Shown: piece by piece, positions 37,739 to 50,117 of the stretch
Position numbering within the stretch: position 1 is the first letter of the stretch
How the letters are laid out: every line of letters begins with the position of its first letter
DNA from: Nemertoderma westbladi
Taxonomy: Eukaryota; Animalia; Xenacoelomorpha
DNA: 54,774 nucleotides
Direction: 5' to 3'
Assembly (NCBI GenBank): GCA_032718475.1
Contig: JAUCBJ010003412.1
Coordinates: 1 to 54,774 of the forward strand
Translations under genes and position numbers: made by a program
Notes under the pieces: model-generated
What the model was told of the DNA's origin: nothing
The model's input: the letters and a program-made list of their open reading frames with translations, nothing else
Database searches by the model: none

Positions 37739-38165
37739 ATACATTATTAACATTAATATAACATTAATATACGTCATAATTTAACAATGATCAGTGATAA
37801 TCATCCCTGATTCCTTATTTAGTACATAAGCAAATTGTCTAACTGACCATCCGACAATTATGCATTTATATTTTATGTTAAATTTTATTTTTTTGAAAAT
37901 TACTTTTTGGTTCCTAGTCAGAATCATTATATTGTACCAGTAAGCCTACTGGCAGTACTGTAGGGAAAATGGTTCAATTCAATCGGCGACAATTCCATCG
38001 TTATCTCAATTTATATCCTTAACAACAACGTCAGAACAACAACTCTTTTCATCCACACGGCGGGGACGCGTACTTAACCAATACCGGATAAACCGGGATC
38101 CTCTCGGATCCCGTCACAGTCCTAACTCTAGGCCTGCCGAACTGTAACACAGACCAAAGACGGAG

Positions 38166-41141
38166 ATGAGTCGAGAGATAGGAACGACACCGCCGCGGAC
38201 CCCGGACGACGATCTAACGATCCGCGAGGCCACGGCGAGACGATACGAACCCACGACGCCAGTCGATGCTACGCCGACCACGTCGACGCCGGTTGACGCC
38301 ACGTCGATAACGAGCAACCTGGCGAACCAAGATGTGGGGGGTCGTCTACCAGGAGAGAGCGAGTCGAGTAGAGGAGGAGAACGAAAAGACGAGTCGACGC
38401 GGAGCGAGGGTCGACATACCGATGTCACCGGTCAGCCACAGGCCGAGGACGACGGACGGTCCACCGGAACGGCAACGGTGGGGCCGTCGGTACGACGTCG
38501 GACCCGGAGAGACAGAGGAGAGGTCGGCGACGAGGACGTCGGGGTTTCTGATCGACTTCGACGGGCCTACAACGCGACCCGGGAACTACTAAAGGAGGCC
38601 AAGGAGGGGGCGAAGATAGACGAGGTGAGACTGAGAAAGCGACTAGGTGAGTCGAACAGATACTTTGATCACCTAGTGTGTTCTGGACAGAGAGAACTAG
38701 CAGAGTTGAGGGCGAGAGGAGTTGTCAACGAACTGGTTGAACTATGGGAATGTAGGGGTATGCAGCCTAGTGTAGTGTACATAGGGCCATACTTAGTCGA
38801 TGCCCGGGGAGTAAAATTAGTGGGTTGGAAGAGACCGCAGGAGGGCGAATCCGAGGTTAACTCCGAGGATTCGGTCTCGTCGGTCGGAGGAAGTTCCGGG
38901 AGGCGGGGGAGAGTTAGTAGGACAGAGGGGGGGGTGGGAGTCCGTCGCAACCGATAAGTCTGCTACATCCTCCGCAAAAGAAAGAAGGGTGCGGGAGATA
39001 AATCTGGCGTATGATTTAGAAAGGGCGGCGGCAAAGCAGAAAAGCTTAGAGCGGCAACTGAGGGATAAAACCGCCGTCTTAAAGGTGTTAAGAGAGTTGG
39101 AGTTAAGAGAGTATAGAAAGAGAGTCGAGGAGTGTAAGAGAGTCGAGGAGTGTGTAGAGCGGAAGATGAGAGTAGGGGACGAGCCGGCGACGTGGCTTGA
39201 GATAATTGCGAGAGTTGAGTCGGGCGAGCAGAATATGCGAAAGAGAAAGATAGAGGGTAAGCGTGAGCGGGATGATTTGCGTGCCCGGCTAGGGAGGCTT
39301 GCGCAATATCAAGCCAAACTAGAGCAGCGCCGACTAGAACTGGCGCGGTTGGAAATATCAGAGAGGGAGCCCCCACTTACAAGCACCGAGCGAGAGAACC
39401 AGAACTGGTGTAGCCGTACGGGCGAGGGGGGTAGTAGTAGTACGTTAGGAAATGTTAATATTAATAGTACCGTAGTAGATAACCCTAATCCCTTTATTGC
39501 AGCAAATAATATTTTACCTGGTAGTAATAATTCTAATTTAAATAATTCAAATCTCGTTTCAAATTCTAATAATTTAATTGATTTAACAAATAATATTGGG
39601 AATGGTGCTATTAATATGAGCGTGTCGGACGTACATAACCCGGCAGACGGTGGCCTGGTAGGCCACGTAGTTAGTAGGCAGGAGGTGGCAGGGTTGAGCC
39701 AACCCGACGGCGGCCTGGTAGGCCACGTAGTTGGTAGGCAGGGGGTAGCGGGGTTGAGCCAACCCGAAGTGGGCCTGGTGGGCCACGCAGTAGTAGAGAG
39801 AGAGGCGGGGGTGAATAGACCCAGCCGTAGTGGAGACAGTGCGTCGACTAGAGAGGGGTGTAGAGTCGAAGTAAGAGATATTGAAGTTAGATGTGACGGG
39901 TGGGGGGGGGCTACGGGCGCCCCACCACATAAGATTAGTGGCGAGAGAGGGGGGGCAGAGAATGCCCCACAAGACGGGTATAGAGGTGTAGTGAGAAGTA
40001 GTGAAGTTAGAAGTGGCGGGTGGGGGGGGGGCTACGGACACCTCACCGCGAGAAGTTAGTAGAGAGAGAGGGGGGGCAGAGAGTGTCCCACAGCCGTCGG
40101 CGGATAATGCGCGGGCCGAATCAGGTAAACCGCAACACCCGGCGACGGAGAGTAATAGGGGGATTGCGAGTACCCCCAGCGGCGTGCGATCGAGCAGAGA
40201 GAGGCAGGTTGACGTCGCGAGAGGGCAGGCGAAGCGTCGAGCCCGACCAGAAGAGAGAAGAAGAACAGTGGAGTTTAACCGGGAGGTCGACGAGAGATCT
40301 CACGAGCCGGAATACTACACAGAAAAGAGAAGAAGAGAAGATAGTAGAAGAAGTGTCGCCACGAACGATAGCAGTGCGAGGACGGATAACGGACCGTCGA
40401 CAGTAGAAATGGAGTCAGGGAGCCAGTGGGGTCGAACTTCGGGAGATTGCCGTCGCCCCGGAGAAACGCACCGCACACCAAGAGAGGGGTACAGGAGGTA
40501 CCAATACGAAGACGAGAGCAGGATAGGGGATCGAAGGGAAACTTCCCGACGTGATATAGCTGCCGATCGAGAGTACGGTAGTCGCGGGGAGATTCGAGAT
40601 TCGCGAAGAATAAACTTCGGTTCGGAAGGGCACATGCAGACTGCAGGACATACTGTAGGCCTTACTGCACATACTATTATAGGCCATGCTGGGAGAGATA
40701 GAGTAGGCGATAGGGTAGCGCGAACGACGGGATTAAACCCGGAAGTCGCGGAGTACATACCGGTAGGTAGGCGAGAGGTAGGTAGGCCTATATCGGTACA
40801 GCAGCATGACTATAATACACAGGGACATAACATATATCCAGGGGAGGGGGGAGTTATTGGAGATAGACGTATGGGCCCCAATGTATTAACATCAACCCCA
40901 GTACCAAACATACCGGCTGGGGGGGGGACAGGGTGACATTCCCCCATCACAATATCGACAATATACCCCGATAGGAGCAAGAATATCGAACTCCCTGGAC
41001 GAGAGCAGGTCGTGCGGACAGTCACCACCACACGCGGCCATACAGGGGACTGCTAGTCCACAGTTAGCTGGTAGCAGGGCCACACCGTGGCAGGGACAGA
41101 AAGAAAATAAATTAGGTACAGGTACTTGTAAAAACAGATAA
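38166..41141 (+). mobile_element. GC-rich gag/ORF1-like retroelement region, frameshifted; no pol visible
   Basis: Sharp GC rise and consecutive ORFs (38166-38957, 38989-40059, 40001-40936, continuing to ~41141) with breaks near G homopolymers. Contains a coiled-coil, Arg/Glu-rich disordered sequence and internal 60-bp and ~120-bp tandem repeats. Confidence 0.45.
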
Positions 41142-41417
41142 CCAGTAGTTAAATATACTTGAACAGTTAAAAGAACCACAGCATCTGCTGGAGTGACCGG
41201 GGCACTGAGTCACCAGTCTTTACCTACGCCAAGCAGCCCGTGTAGTACTGGGGTTAATTTAACTATAACGGTATGTATAACAAACACAATTACTGTAGGA
41301 ATAAACTTGGGGACATGAATGTTGCGAGTAATCGCATAAACTCTGAATAATAAATATTACGCTACCCGTACAGAATACTCAAATAAAATACAAACCGGAT
41401 GCTGACAAACTACCATT

Positions 41418-41856
41418 AAGCCTAAATAAACCACAGGATGTGCAGATTCCGAAACTTGTTAGTGAGTATGCGTGCTAATAAGGTAGCGCGGCTTATTCTT
41501 TATGGGGGTTGACCTTACAACTTACGAGTTGCCCCAACTTACTAACTGGCACCTATCAGACTCTCTACACACGCGGCAATCTCTTCAGACCCAACAACAG
41601 CTAGGCAACAATCCAGCCTACAAAATATCTAAATAATACTATTACGGTATCTGAACGGACTATACAGACAGTACAGTATAAACGCTGACGGACTACTATC
41701 AAGCCTAAATAACCACAGTATATGCAGATTCCGAAACTTGTTAGTGAGTATGCGTGCTAATAAGGTAGCGCGGCTTATTCTTTATGGGGGTTGACCTTAC
41801 AACTTACGAGTTGCCCCAACTTACTAACTGGCACCTATCAGACTCTCTACACACGC
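41418..41856. repeat. ~157-bp near-identical direct repeat (41418-41575; 41701-41856)
   Basis: AAGCCTAAATAA...GCAGATTCCGAAACTTG...GACTCTCTACACACGC occurs twice, period ~282 bp. Confidence 0.9.
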
Positions 41857-42297
41857 TGTAATCTTCAAGCCTAACAACAGTCAGACAACAGTCCAGCCTA
41901 CAATGATCTGAACAATCTGAGCAGACTTACACGTCTTCAGCTCAATATTAACTTACTAGGAAATAAAACTGACAGAAATAAACCTAAGTAAAATCCCAAT
42001 AAAAACCAGGCGTCCCCGATTTAGTATCAAGACCTACCGGTATACAATAATCAAAATCGAATAATACTAATGTACTTGCACAGCAGTACCGGTTATGACA
42101 GTTGGGCCTACGGACCTACGGTAGTAGTACCGGTTATGACAGTTGGGCCTACTGACCTACTGGAGTGCCGGTATTTTCAATCTTATTGCTTACCGCAAAT
42201 AAGATCGATAGCTATTATTGTACGCGCTTTTATAGACCTTCAGCAGTTTAACCTGCCGAAATTTATATGTCTTTATTGATAATCTGCCTTTTGTAAG

Positions 42298-44030
42298 ATG
42301 ATAAGATTTAATACAAAACAAACCAAAAACATTAGCCGAAGCCTAGTTTTCGCACCAAGTGAGATTAAGTTTTATCAGTTTAGCCACTATAACAACTCTG
42401 TTGTTGCTGTTGGTGGTAATAATGAGAAACCGATCGCCATCAAATCGATTTTAGTTAATGGTGAGGTGGATGTTAACTATATTGATGATAATGAATGTAA
42501 TGAAACTGTGGTCGAATTTGATGAAACTGTTATTTGGAGTCCTGAGATTCCAAACGTTCTGAGATATCCTTTCCTGAAGGAAATTGTTCCAGGAAGATTT
42601 GCTTTGGTCGAATTTCAGACGGATGAGGGCCGAAAATTCTATTGTGTTGGCAATATTGTATCTGCAGAGGATAAAGTAGATTCTCAGGACTTCACCTTGC
42701 GATTTCTGCGAAAACATATCACATTTCATGGGGAAATTGGTTTCACTTACCCAGCCGTTCCGGATGAGTATACTGTGAATTACAAATAAATTTCAGGTCT
42801 ACTACCTACTCCGCCTCCTTCACAACGAGGTGTGTACAAATTTGACGTCAACTTCTCTGATTTTAATTAATTTTATTTAATTAATTTAAATAAATTAATT
42901 AATTAATTAATTTAATTAATTTTGATTAAAATAGGCCTTCAGTTAGTGTTTTTTGTTAATATGTTTGCATCCAGTATTTGTTAAAAAAAGTACGTCGTGT
43001 TATTTAGTTATATTTCAGTTGGTAACAATTTAATAAAAGTAATATTTTTTTGATAATAACGAACCTATCCTATTATTATTTAATAATAACGAAACTGTCT
43101 ATCAAATATCAAAATGTTGTTAGTCCGGCAAAAAAATAGAAATATGTCTAAAAAATTAAATTATATATTGGTTGCAGAATAATTGATTCAATCAATGAAG
43201 GTCAAACATAACTTGCTCTGTTAAACACTCGATACTATGAATGTTATACTGTATCATTAAGACTAATGAATGTATTTAATTTGTTTCTTTCTTTTAGACT
43301 GTCGCTACAGTATAGTCCAGCGCTCTTCCATAGCCTATAGGATTATTATGGTTTATTGTTAATAAACCATAAAGGCTTGCCTATATACTAACTGTAGAAG
43401 CCCAGTGTTAACCATATCAGTGATAACTTTACTACAGTAGTAATTATTCAGGGTACATTTTGAGGAGCAGTTTCGTTTAAATGGCTTTCTAATAGTTGAA
43501 TGGGTGTCTGAAGAAATATATCATTTTATACTACATTAATTTTGTTAATTTATCCATCATATGGCACGTAATTAGTGCTGTCCATCATTTGATATTGAGA
43601 AATTTTGAACTCCAAATATTATCCGTGCGTTACTTTCCGTGCGTTACGGGAGCCACATTTAGTAAAATTGAAAGTTTTCCACTTTCTCTTTGACTTTGAT
43701 CGTTAAAATTAATGGAGCAGTTAGATGGGTTATTGCTCTACCAGTACACAATTTTTAAACCAGTTTAGTAGGGGAACTCGAATGATATTGAGATTACCAT
43801 TTTGGTCTATTTTTTTTGTCAAAGTTCAATCCGTGCGTTACCGAAACTAAATATTGAATTATTTCCATTAATATAATGTTAGGACTGAAAATAAAAATGA
43901 AAAATTAATTAGTTAGTGATATAGAATAATTTCATCAACTTGGTAATACAAAAATATCAATTTAAGCGAACAAAAACGAACAAAGGAGCGTTCATATTCC
44001 GTGCGTTACCAGAAATGACTTTTCAATAAT
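42298..44030 (+). mobile_element. 3' remnant of a DNA transposon: C-terminal protein fragment plus subterminal CCGTGCGTTAC repeats
   Basis: ORF 42298-42789 reads through one stop (YPAVPDEYTVNYK*ISGLLPTP...RGVYKF). The 11-mer recurs at ~43623, 43637, 43831 and 43999. Confidence 0.4.
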
Positions 44031-44189
44031 GCCCTTAACAACCACGGAAATAAACTTCCGGGAAAGGCTGAGATATTACAACTGAAAGATAAATATCCTG
44101 AGCTAGGAAGCCGATCATGGCGGAACATAAAAGATTTCTGCCGTAATAATCAACGAAACAAACTCAAATTTAACTGAAATTGATTGTCT

Positions 44190-44430
44190 CGATTCCCGTC
44201 AAGGAAGTTTTAACTACATTAATAACTGACATTATTTTAATGAAAATATATTAACTGGCATTATTGTAGTAGTACTGTGTATATTCCATAAATTTGGATA
44301 CCCGTCGGGAAGGTTTAACTAACAATAATAACTGATATTATTTTAAGGACAATATTTTAACTGGTATTATTGTAGTTGTAGTAGTATATTCCATAAATTT
44401 TGTTTCCCGTATAGGAAGGTTTAACAAATA
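44190..44430. repeat. ~107-bp tandem repeat, ~2.3 copies
   Basis: CCCGT...GGAAG.TTTAAC...AATAACTGA...ATATTCCATAAATTT is repeated. Confidence 0.75.
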
Positions 44431-46289
44431 TTAATTTGAGTTTAGTATAAGAACAAGTTTAGTACATTACATTAGTAGTATTTCATGTATCCATAAATAT
44501 TTTTGGTCAGAGTATAATTAAAAATAAATTTCGAAGAACGTTGGAATAAAAGAATTAGATTTCATTGTTAATTTAATTGTTAATTCATTGTCTAATGCTG
44601 AGACTATTGCAAAAACTACTTAATGATAGAAAGATATGGCGGTGTATATATGGTACTCAGTTTGTATAAATATTTTTGGTTCTGTCACCCTCATTTATAA
44701 TCAAATACAAAACGGGGACATATTTGTCAACCACCACAGAGTGTTATAACGGGGACAAATATACACAAAAGTAACACAAACAATATCCGCAAGTTTAACA
44801 CAAACTGTGGACATGAAGCTGTTCAACTGAAAATTTGGAAATATATAAAATAAAACCCGCTGAATCGATTTTAGCTGTAAAACAGACCGGGGACGTCCCC
44901 GTTTTGCAGTATGTCCCCGGTATGTGGGTCAAATTTATGATGTGTGTCCCCTATTTACACGAGTCACCCACACACACACACCCCCCCCCACACACACACA
45001 CACCCACACACACTAACACACACACACACACACATTACGGTAATAATGGTCACTTATGTCAAGGACCGTGAACCAATATATAAGAAAACTGTAATGAACA
45101 CGTTCGTGGGGCCTTCGCGCAGCACGAGGCCCAGTTATGAGATACAAATTAATATCGAGCGACAATATCACAAAATCAGTATTTAACTTTATAAATTAGT
45201 AAAATTTAGAAATTTAACCACACCGCCAATCAATCAAAAAAAGAGGGACAGTACGTGTTCACCCCTTTTAATCTGCCCCCCCCCCCCCCCCCCACCCTTC
45301 CCATCCACCAATACATAACCGCGACATCTACCACCCACGAAAGGTAGCACAAACTTATTTCCAATCGCACGTTCAATATGCGAAGCCAGGTGGTTTACAG
45401 GAATATAATCTACGCAGTACTAAATACAGTCGATGCAGTAATGAATGATATTCAAATAATTTATTTAATATACTGTTAATGCCTCTGAAAACTTAGACAA
45501 TTAAAATACACAGAAATCCCATCAAAAAATAATAAGCATAATATTTTGAGAAATAAACAATTTTGGATATAAGCCTTCTGCAGTGGTAATCTTATTGACT
45601 GACAATCATTAAATGAGATCTGTCTATTACCTGAGACTAAAGAACACAGACTCTATAGTGTAATAGGAGGTAGGGAATGCAGGTTTCAATCTCGTTAGGT
45701 CTAGCTGGCAGCCGTGTGGCTAGTTACATACAACCCCCCTCCACTGGCATTCCCAGCAACTGGCTCCCTTACACACACATCCCCCATCTATGTACCAGCC
45801 AACTTGCAAGTTGGCCAATAAATGATCAGTATTTAATGAGAATCAATTTTTTATGCCGTTTTAATTACTTTAGATCAATTAAAGATACAATTATTAAAGC
45901 AAATCACTTGAACTAATTAAAAACTATAATAGAATGGCGTATGTGGATTACATCTGTATAATTTTTAATTATAATTATTTAAATCTTATACTGTAAAACA
46001 ATTAATTTCCTTTAAAAGGCAGGTTGAAAATGGTGTTTTCACCGTAATCAACTTAATTAACTAATTAACTGCTATTATCTTAGCTTCTCGAAGGCCACAC
46101 GGAAATTCTACTTGGAAAATTTCTAAACTTTTGCCAAACAACATGTGTACCAAGTTTGGATAGATTTCATCAAAGATTGGCCGAGTTATTAACGTTTAAA
46201 ATTGAACACGACAGAACGACAGAACGACAGAACGACAGGTTGATTAATGGTACCACTACGCTAAGGCTCACTCACTTCGTGGCTCGCCC

Positions 46290-46710
46290 CACAGTTACTG
46301 TACGGGGGGCATGCTTAAAGTGCTCCGCAACTAGTCCATCCGGACCTGCTGTAGCTACTAGCTTACTGAAAGCATCAGAAACATCAGCCGTTGTACCAAT
46401 CATATCATTCGAGTATTCAATTGATCTTAACAAACCTTCGACATTATTATTGTCCTTATTCACAGAGTTATATAATGCACTAAATTTATCTTTAAAATGG
46501 TTACAAATTGCCGTTTCGCCAGTGGCATTACCAACTTTATTAGATAGCGGGACTGAGTTGTTACAATGTTTAGTAACATTTCTCCAAAAGTCATTACAGT
46601 TATCTTTGTAGGGCGAATTTGCAAGCTTGTCACAACGCAGCTGTTGTTCATTCCTCTTACATTCACGCATTGCACGTTTGAATTGTAACTTAGACTGCAT
46701 ATATATTCAC
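46290..46710 (-). mobile_element. Non-LTR retrotransposon ORF2 fragment (linker between endonuclease and RT)
   Basis: FKRAMRECKR...DFWRNV...HFKDKFSALYNS...AGPDGLVAEHFKHA. Confidence 0.7.
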
Positions 46711-46894
46711 ATGATAATAATATTCCCGGATGGAACGATATCGTACAATGTAAATATAATATTTCTAGATTAAATTTTAAATTATGGCGTGCTAATAAAT
46801 GCCCCCTTATTAGCACGCCATAATTTAAAATTTAATCTAGAAATATTATATTTACATTGTACGATATCGTTCCATCCGGGAATATTATTATCAT
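46711..46894. repeat. Perfect inverted repeat: 88-bp arms, 8-nt loop
   Basis: 46711-46798 is the exact reverse complement of 46807-46894; loop ATGCCCCC. Confidence 0.97.
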
Positions 46895-47289
46895 TAGAGT
46901 ATTTACCGTTAGGTTTTAACGGAATGCATTCACTAGCAACTTGATTAATAGCACCAATTACAGAATTATAATATAAGTTTTTAGCTTAATACTATGAGAA
47001 TCTAGGGTGCAATGTGCAACCCTACAGTTTAAAACATCTGAGGGAGCCATAATATCAGAATCACAGAATATTTAAAACTTTAGTCGACGACAGCATAGCC
47101 AGCCATCTACGACCGAATTCTTTCACAACTCGAAGTATAATCTTTGCACAACGCCCTAAATACAGCTTGCCACCAGCTTTACTCTACCAACGCAATAAAG
47201 TTTACAATGGAATACAGTCCGCAGTGGTGAAAAACTTAATTACTTTGATGTCACAATACGCCACAGAAATACCGGCATACCACAGTGTA

Positions 47290-47962
47290 CATAAAACCAC
47301 CTCAAAGAAACTACCAATCCACTTCACCAAGTAACTCCAGGAGAACCAGCAATTTCAAAGTATTCTGCTTAAACTTTTGAATTTCGCTGGGTGTAGAAGG
47401 GAATTTTACAAACTGGTTTACTTTTCGGGTCAGGGTGATTGAACTAGTGGATGATTTGTGAATTGTCAAACTGTCTCCAGCTAGCTGGCTAGATTTAGGA
47501 AGCTCACACTTGCATAAAATCGTAGGGTCACTGCTAGCTTCAACTTCAACAGTCAGGCCTTTGTTTCCAGCTTGGATTCTGTCGAGTTCAGGACGAATCA
47601 GATTGCAGATATACCGAAAATTGTCCTTGCAGAACCGGAATCGGTCATAAAGTTCTGTTTCATTATACAGTTCGTAAATGTTTGGCCGCGTTGGGTACGA
47701 TTTCCTATTCTGAGGGCGACGGCTTGGTAAACATAATATTGGTAACAATGAAATTTCCGCTAATATTAAATAATTGTAATAATAGCTAATAATACATTCA
47801 CTAAGATTCATTTTTGTCAGACTTAAAAATAGACACTTATCTCTAAATTTTAAGTATCTACTTAAGTTAAGAAAATTGTGGTGCAATGCAATACCAATTT
47901 TTATCGTACTTAAACTTAATTTAAGTTTTCTACTTAACTTAGTCAATGTGTGCAACCAGGCC
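47290..47962 (-). mobile_element. PIF/Harbinger transposon 5' end with HARBI1-like transposase pseudogene fragment
   Basis: ELYDRFRFCKDNFRYICNLI...GDSLTIHKSS...FVKFPST. Harbinger-type terminus GGCCTGGTTGCAC on the minus strand starting at 47962. Confidence 0.75.
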
Positions 47963-48059
47963 ATAGTCTCTAATGTTCTATTCTTTTGGAAAAGTGGACC
48001 TTCCTTAATTCGTTCACATGTTGTAATTCACTGGTCTTATCCTAAATTACAACCGTGAT

Positions 48060-48480
48060 CCTTTCCAATACTTGACTAATATGGACCTAAGGTTTCAAAC
48101 GCACTATTGATGTTATAATAATTAAAGTTCTTTCCTGTGCCAAATGCAACCCAAAGATCAAATCTTCGATCCAAATCTGCCAGGGGATGAAACTTCCCGA
48201 TAAAAAGAACCAGTACATCAGTATCTACAGTTTGCACCAAACAGTTTGTATGACCATTGGTAATAGCATCCTGTAAATGGATAACAAGCCTGGTGTCAGC
48301 TTCCTCCTGGTCACAGCTTGGCATTAAATGGGTGGATCCCTGAATAACAGTTGCTTCACCAGATGTGATGACAATTTCTTTGCCTTCCTTCACGAGGGAT
48401 GCAAAATTCCTCGAAGCTATGAAAAAATCGCTGATGCTAAGGATGTATTGCCTCCCATATGCAACACTCTAAGAAAAAAA
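48060..48480 (-). pseudogene. Academ-like transposon XPG/PIN-type nuclease fragment
   Basis: QEEADTRLVIH...TVDTDVLVL...WVAFGTGK motif set. Confidence 0.6.
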
Positions 48481-48519
48481 ACTTGTTATTTCTGTGAATT
48501 GTTTATTTCTAAGATATGT

Positions 48520-49350
48520 TCCAGGTTGCTATGGTAAATTCGTCGTTGCTATGTATAACTTACCGTTGCTATGCAAAACCCGCCGTTGCTACGGAAAGCA
48601 TTATACTGATGCAGGAAAAATGTTTTTGCTTAGAATACCATGAAAATGTTTAAGGTTGCTATGGCAAACATATGTTGCTATGCAAGTATAGTAAGTAAAC
48701 ATAAATTAATTTTGAAATTTTTGTCCATAATATGTTTCTATATACTTCAGTGTTCATATTTCACAAAATCGGAAAATCGGAAAGTAAATTGTCTGGACTT
48801 TGTAACATCTAAGACAAGATCCAAAATTGAATTTTTTTTAGATAGTTCGGAACTATATTAAATTTGGCAGAATATATTTAGTGACTTGTGACCATGGTTA
48901 CAGGTCTACCACGGGTCTATTTAAATTGGTCCACTACTAGAAATCAAGATGGTCTCAGGGATAATATATTTATAATGTTAGATGATTTTTCGAAATGGGG
49001 AACTATTATTAATCCATGGTTTTATATTTTTCGGATATTTACTGAAAATCGGCGTTTGAAAGTCGTTTTTGAAACAGTTGCCATGGCAACCGGGTTTTAC
49101 AAATGACGTCAATGGAATCTCTGATGCTAAAAAGTGGGGGGTAGGTCAAGGTTAGAAGACTGTAGGTTTATTGGAAAGAGGAATTTTGTAAATGACTTCC
49201 TGTTGTCATGGAAATATGGGATCGATAAATAATATTGCAAAGTTGGTTCCCCTTAAAACATTAAAGGTATGGTAATTATCTACTCCTGTGCCAATTATGG
49301 GAAGTTTGTCCAGAACGTCCACATTAACTTGTTAAGCGACCTGACTGATG
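48520..49350. repeat. Dispersed-repeat remnant with multiple GTTGCTATG motifs
   Basis: GTTGCTA(T/C)G recurs about six times in 48525-48682. Palindrome GTTGCCATGGCAAC at ~49077-49090. Confidence 0.45.
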
Positions 49351-50117
49351 GACAAATTAGAATTTAGCGATTTACGTCTCAAAAATTACACCTTAGTATT
49401 TAGATAATATCTCTGGCATTTTTTGTTGAAATTTAAAACAGTTTTCAGATTCGAAATCTGCAGATGAAGGCGGTTCTAATGATATATCTAGAATTACAAT
49501 CCAAAGAAGAAAAATAAAGCCGACTGAGGTGGCTAAATATTGATATTGCGAAAAAGGCGTTTTTAACGGTTTATTGTATCGTAATAGCTCAGAAATTGAA
49601 AATAGCCAGCAGTAAGAATAGTTGTTGACATCTATCATCATACTAAATTTCGTAGCATATGATTGAAATTTGAAAAAAATTAGAGGGGGAGGCGAGAGGC
49701 TCGGGCTTACTAAAAATAGTTGTTATGTATATAATATAAAAATTAAATTATTAAAAGAATGTAGAATAGCATCTTAGGCACCTATATTCCAAATTATAGC
49801 CAAAAACAAAAGATTTCGAAACGCTGAGAGTTATAAATCGAAGAGTTGTCCGAAAATGGTGTACCCCCCCCCCCCCCTTAAGCGTGAAATAAAACATGAA
49901 ATAAAGTAGGCCTACTGTAATTATATTAGAAATATTAGTAATAATTGTAGTATTAGTAATAATAGTATGGCAAACAAGTATAAACTCTATGGATTAATGT
50001 ACTGATGTGAGAACATTACTAGATGGCTAAGGGATACAACAAGTATATATATATTAACATGTATAAACCTTCACCATTGTTAGAAAATGTTCCAAAATTA
50101 TTAGAGGTGAGTCTAGA

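Noticed and set aside
41440-41575. Hammerhead ribozyme in the duplicated unit
   Set aside because: Could not place a CUGANGA/GAAA core with the three required stems on either strand.
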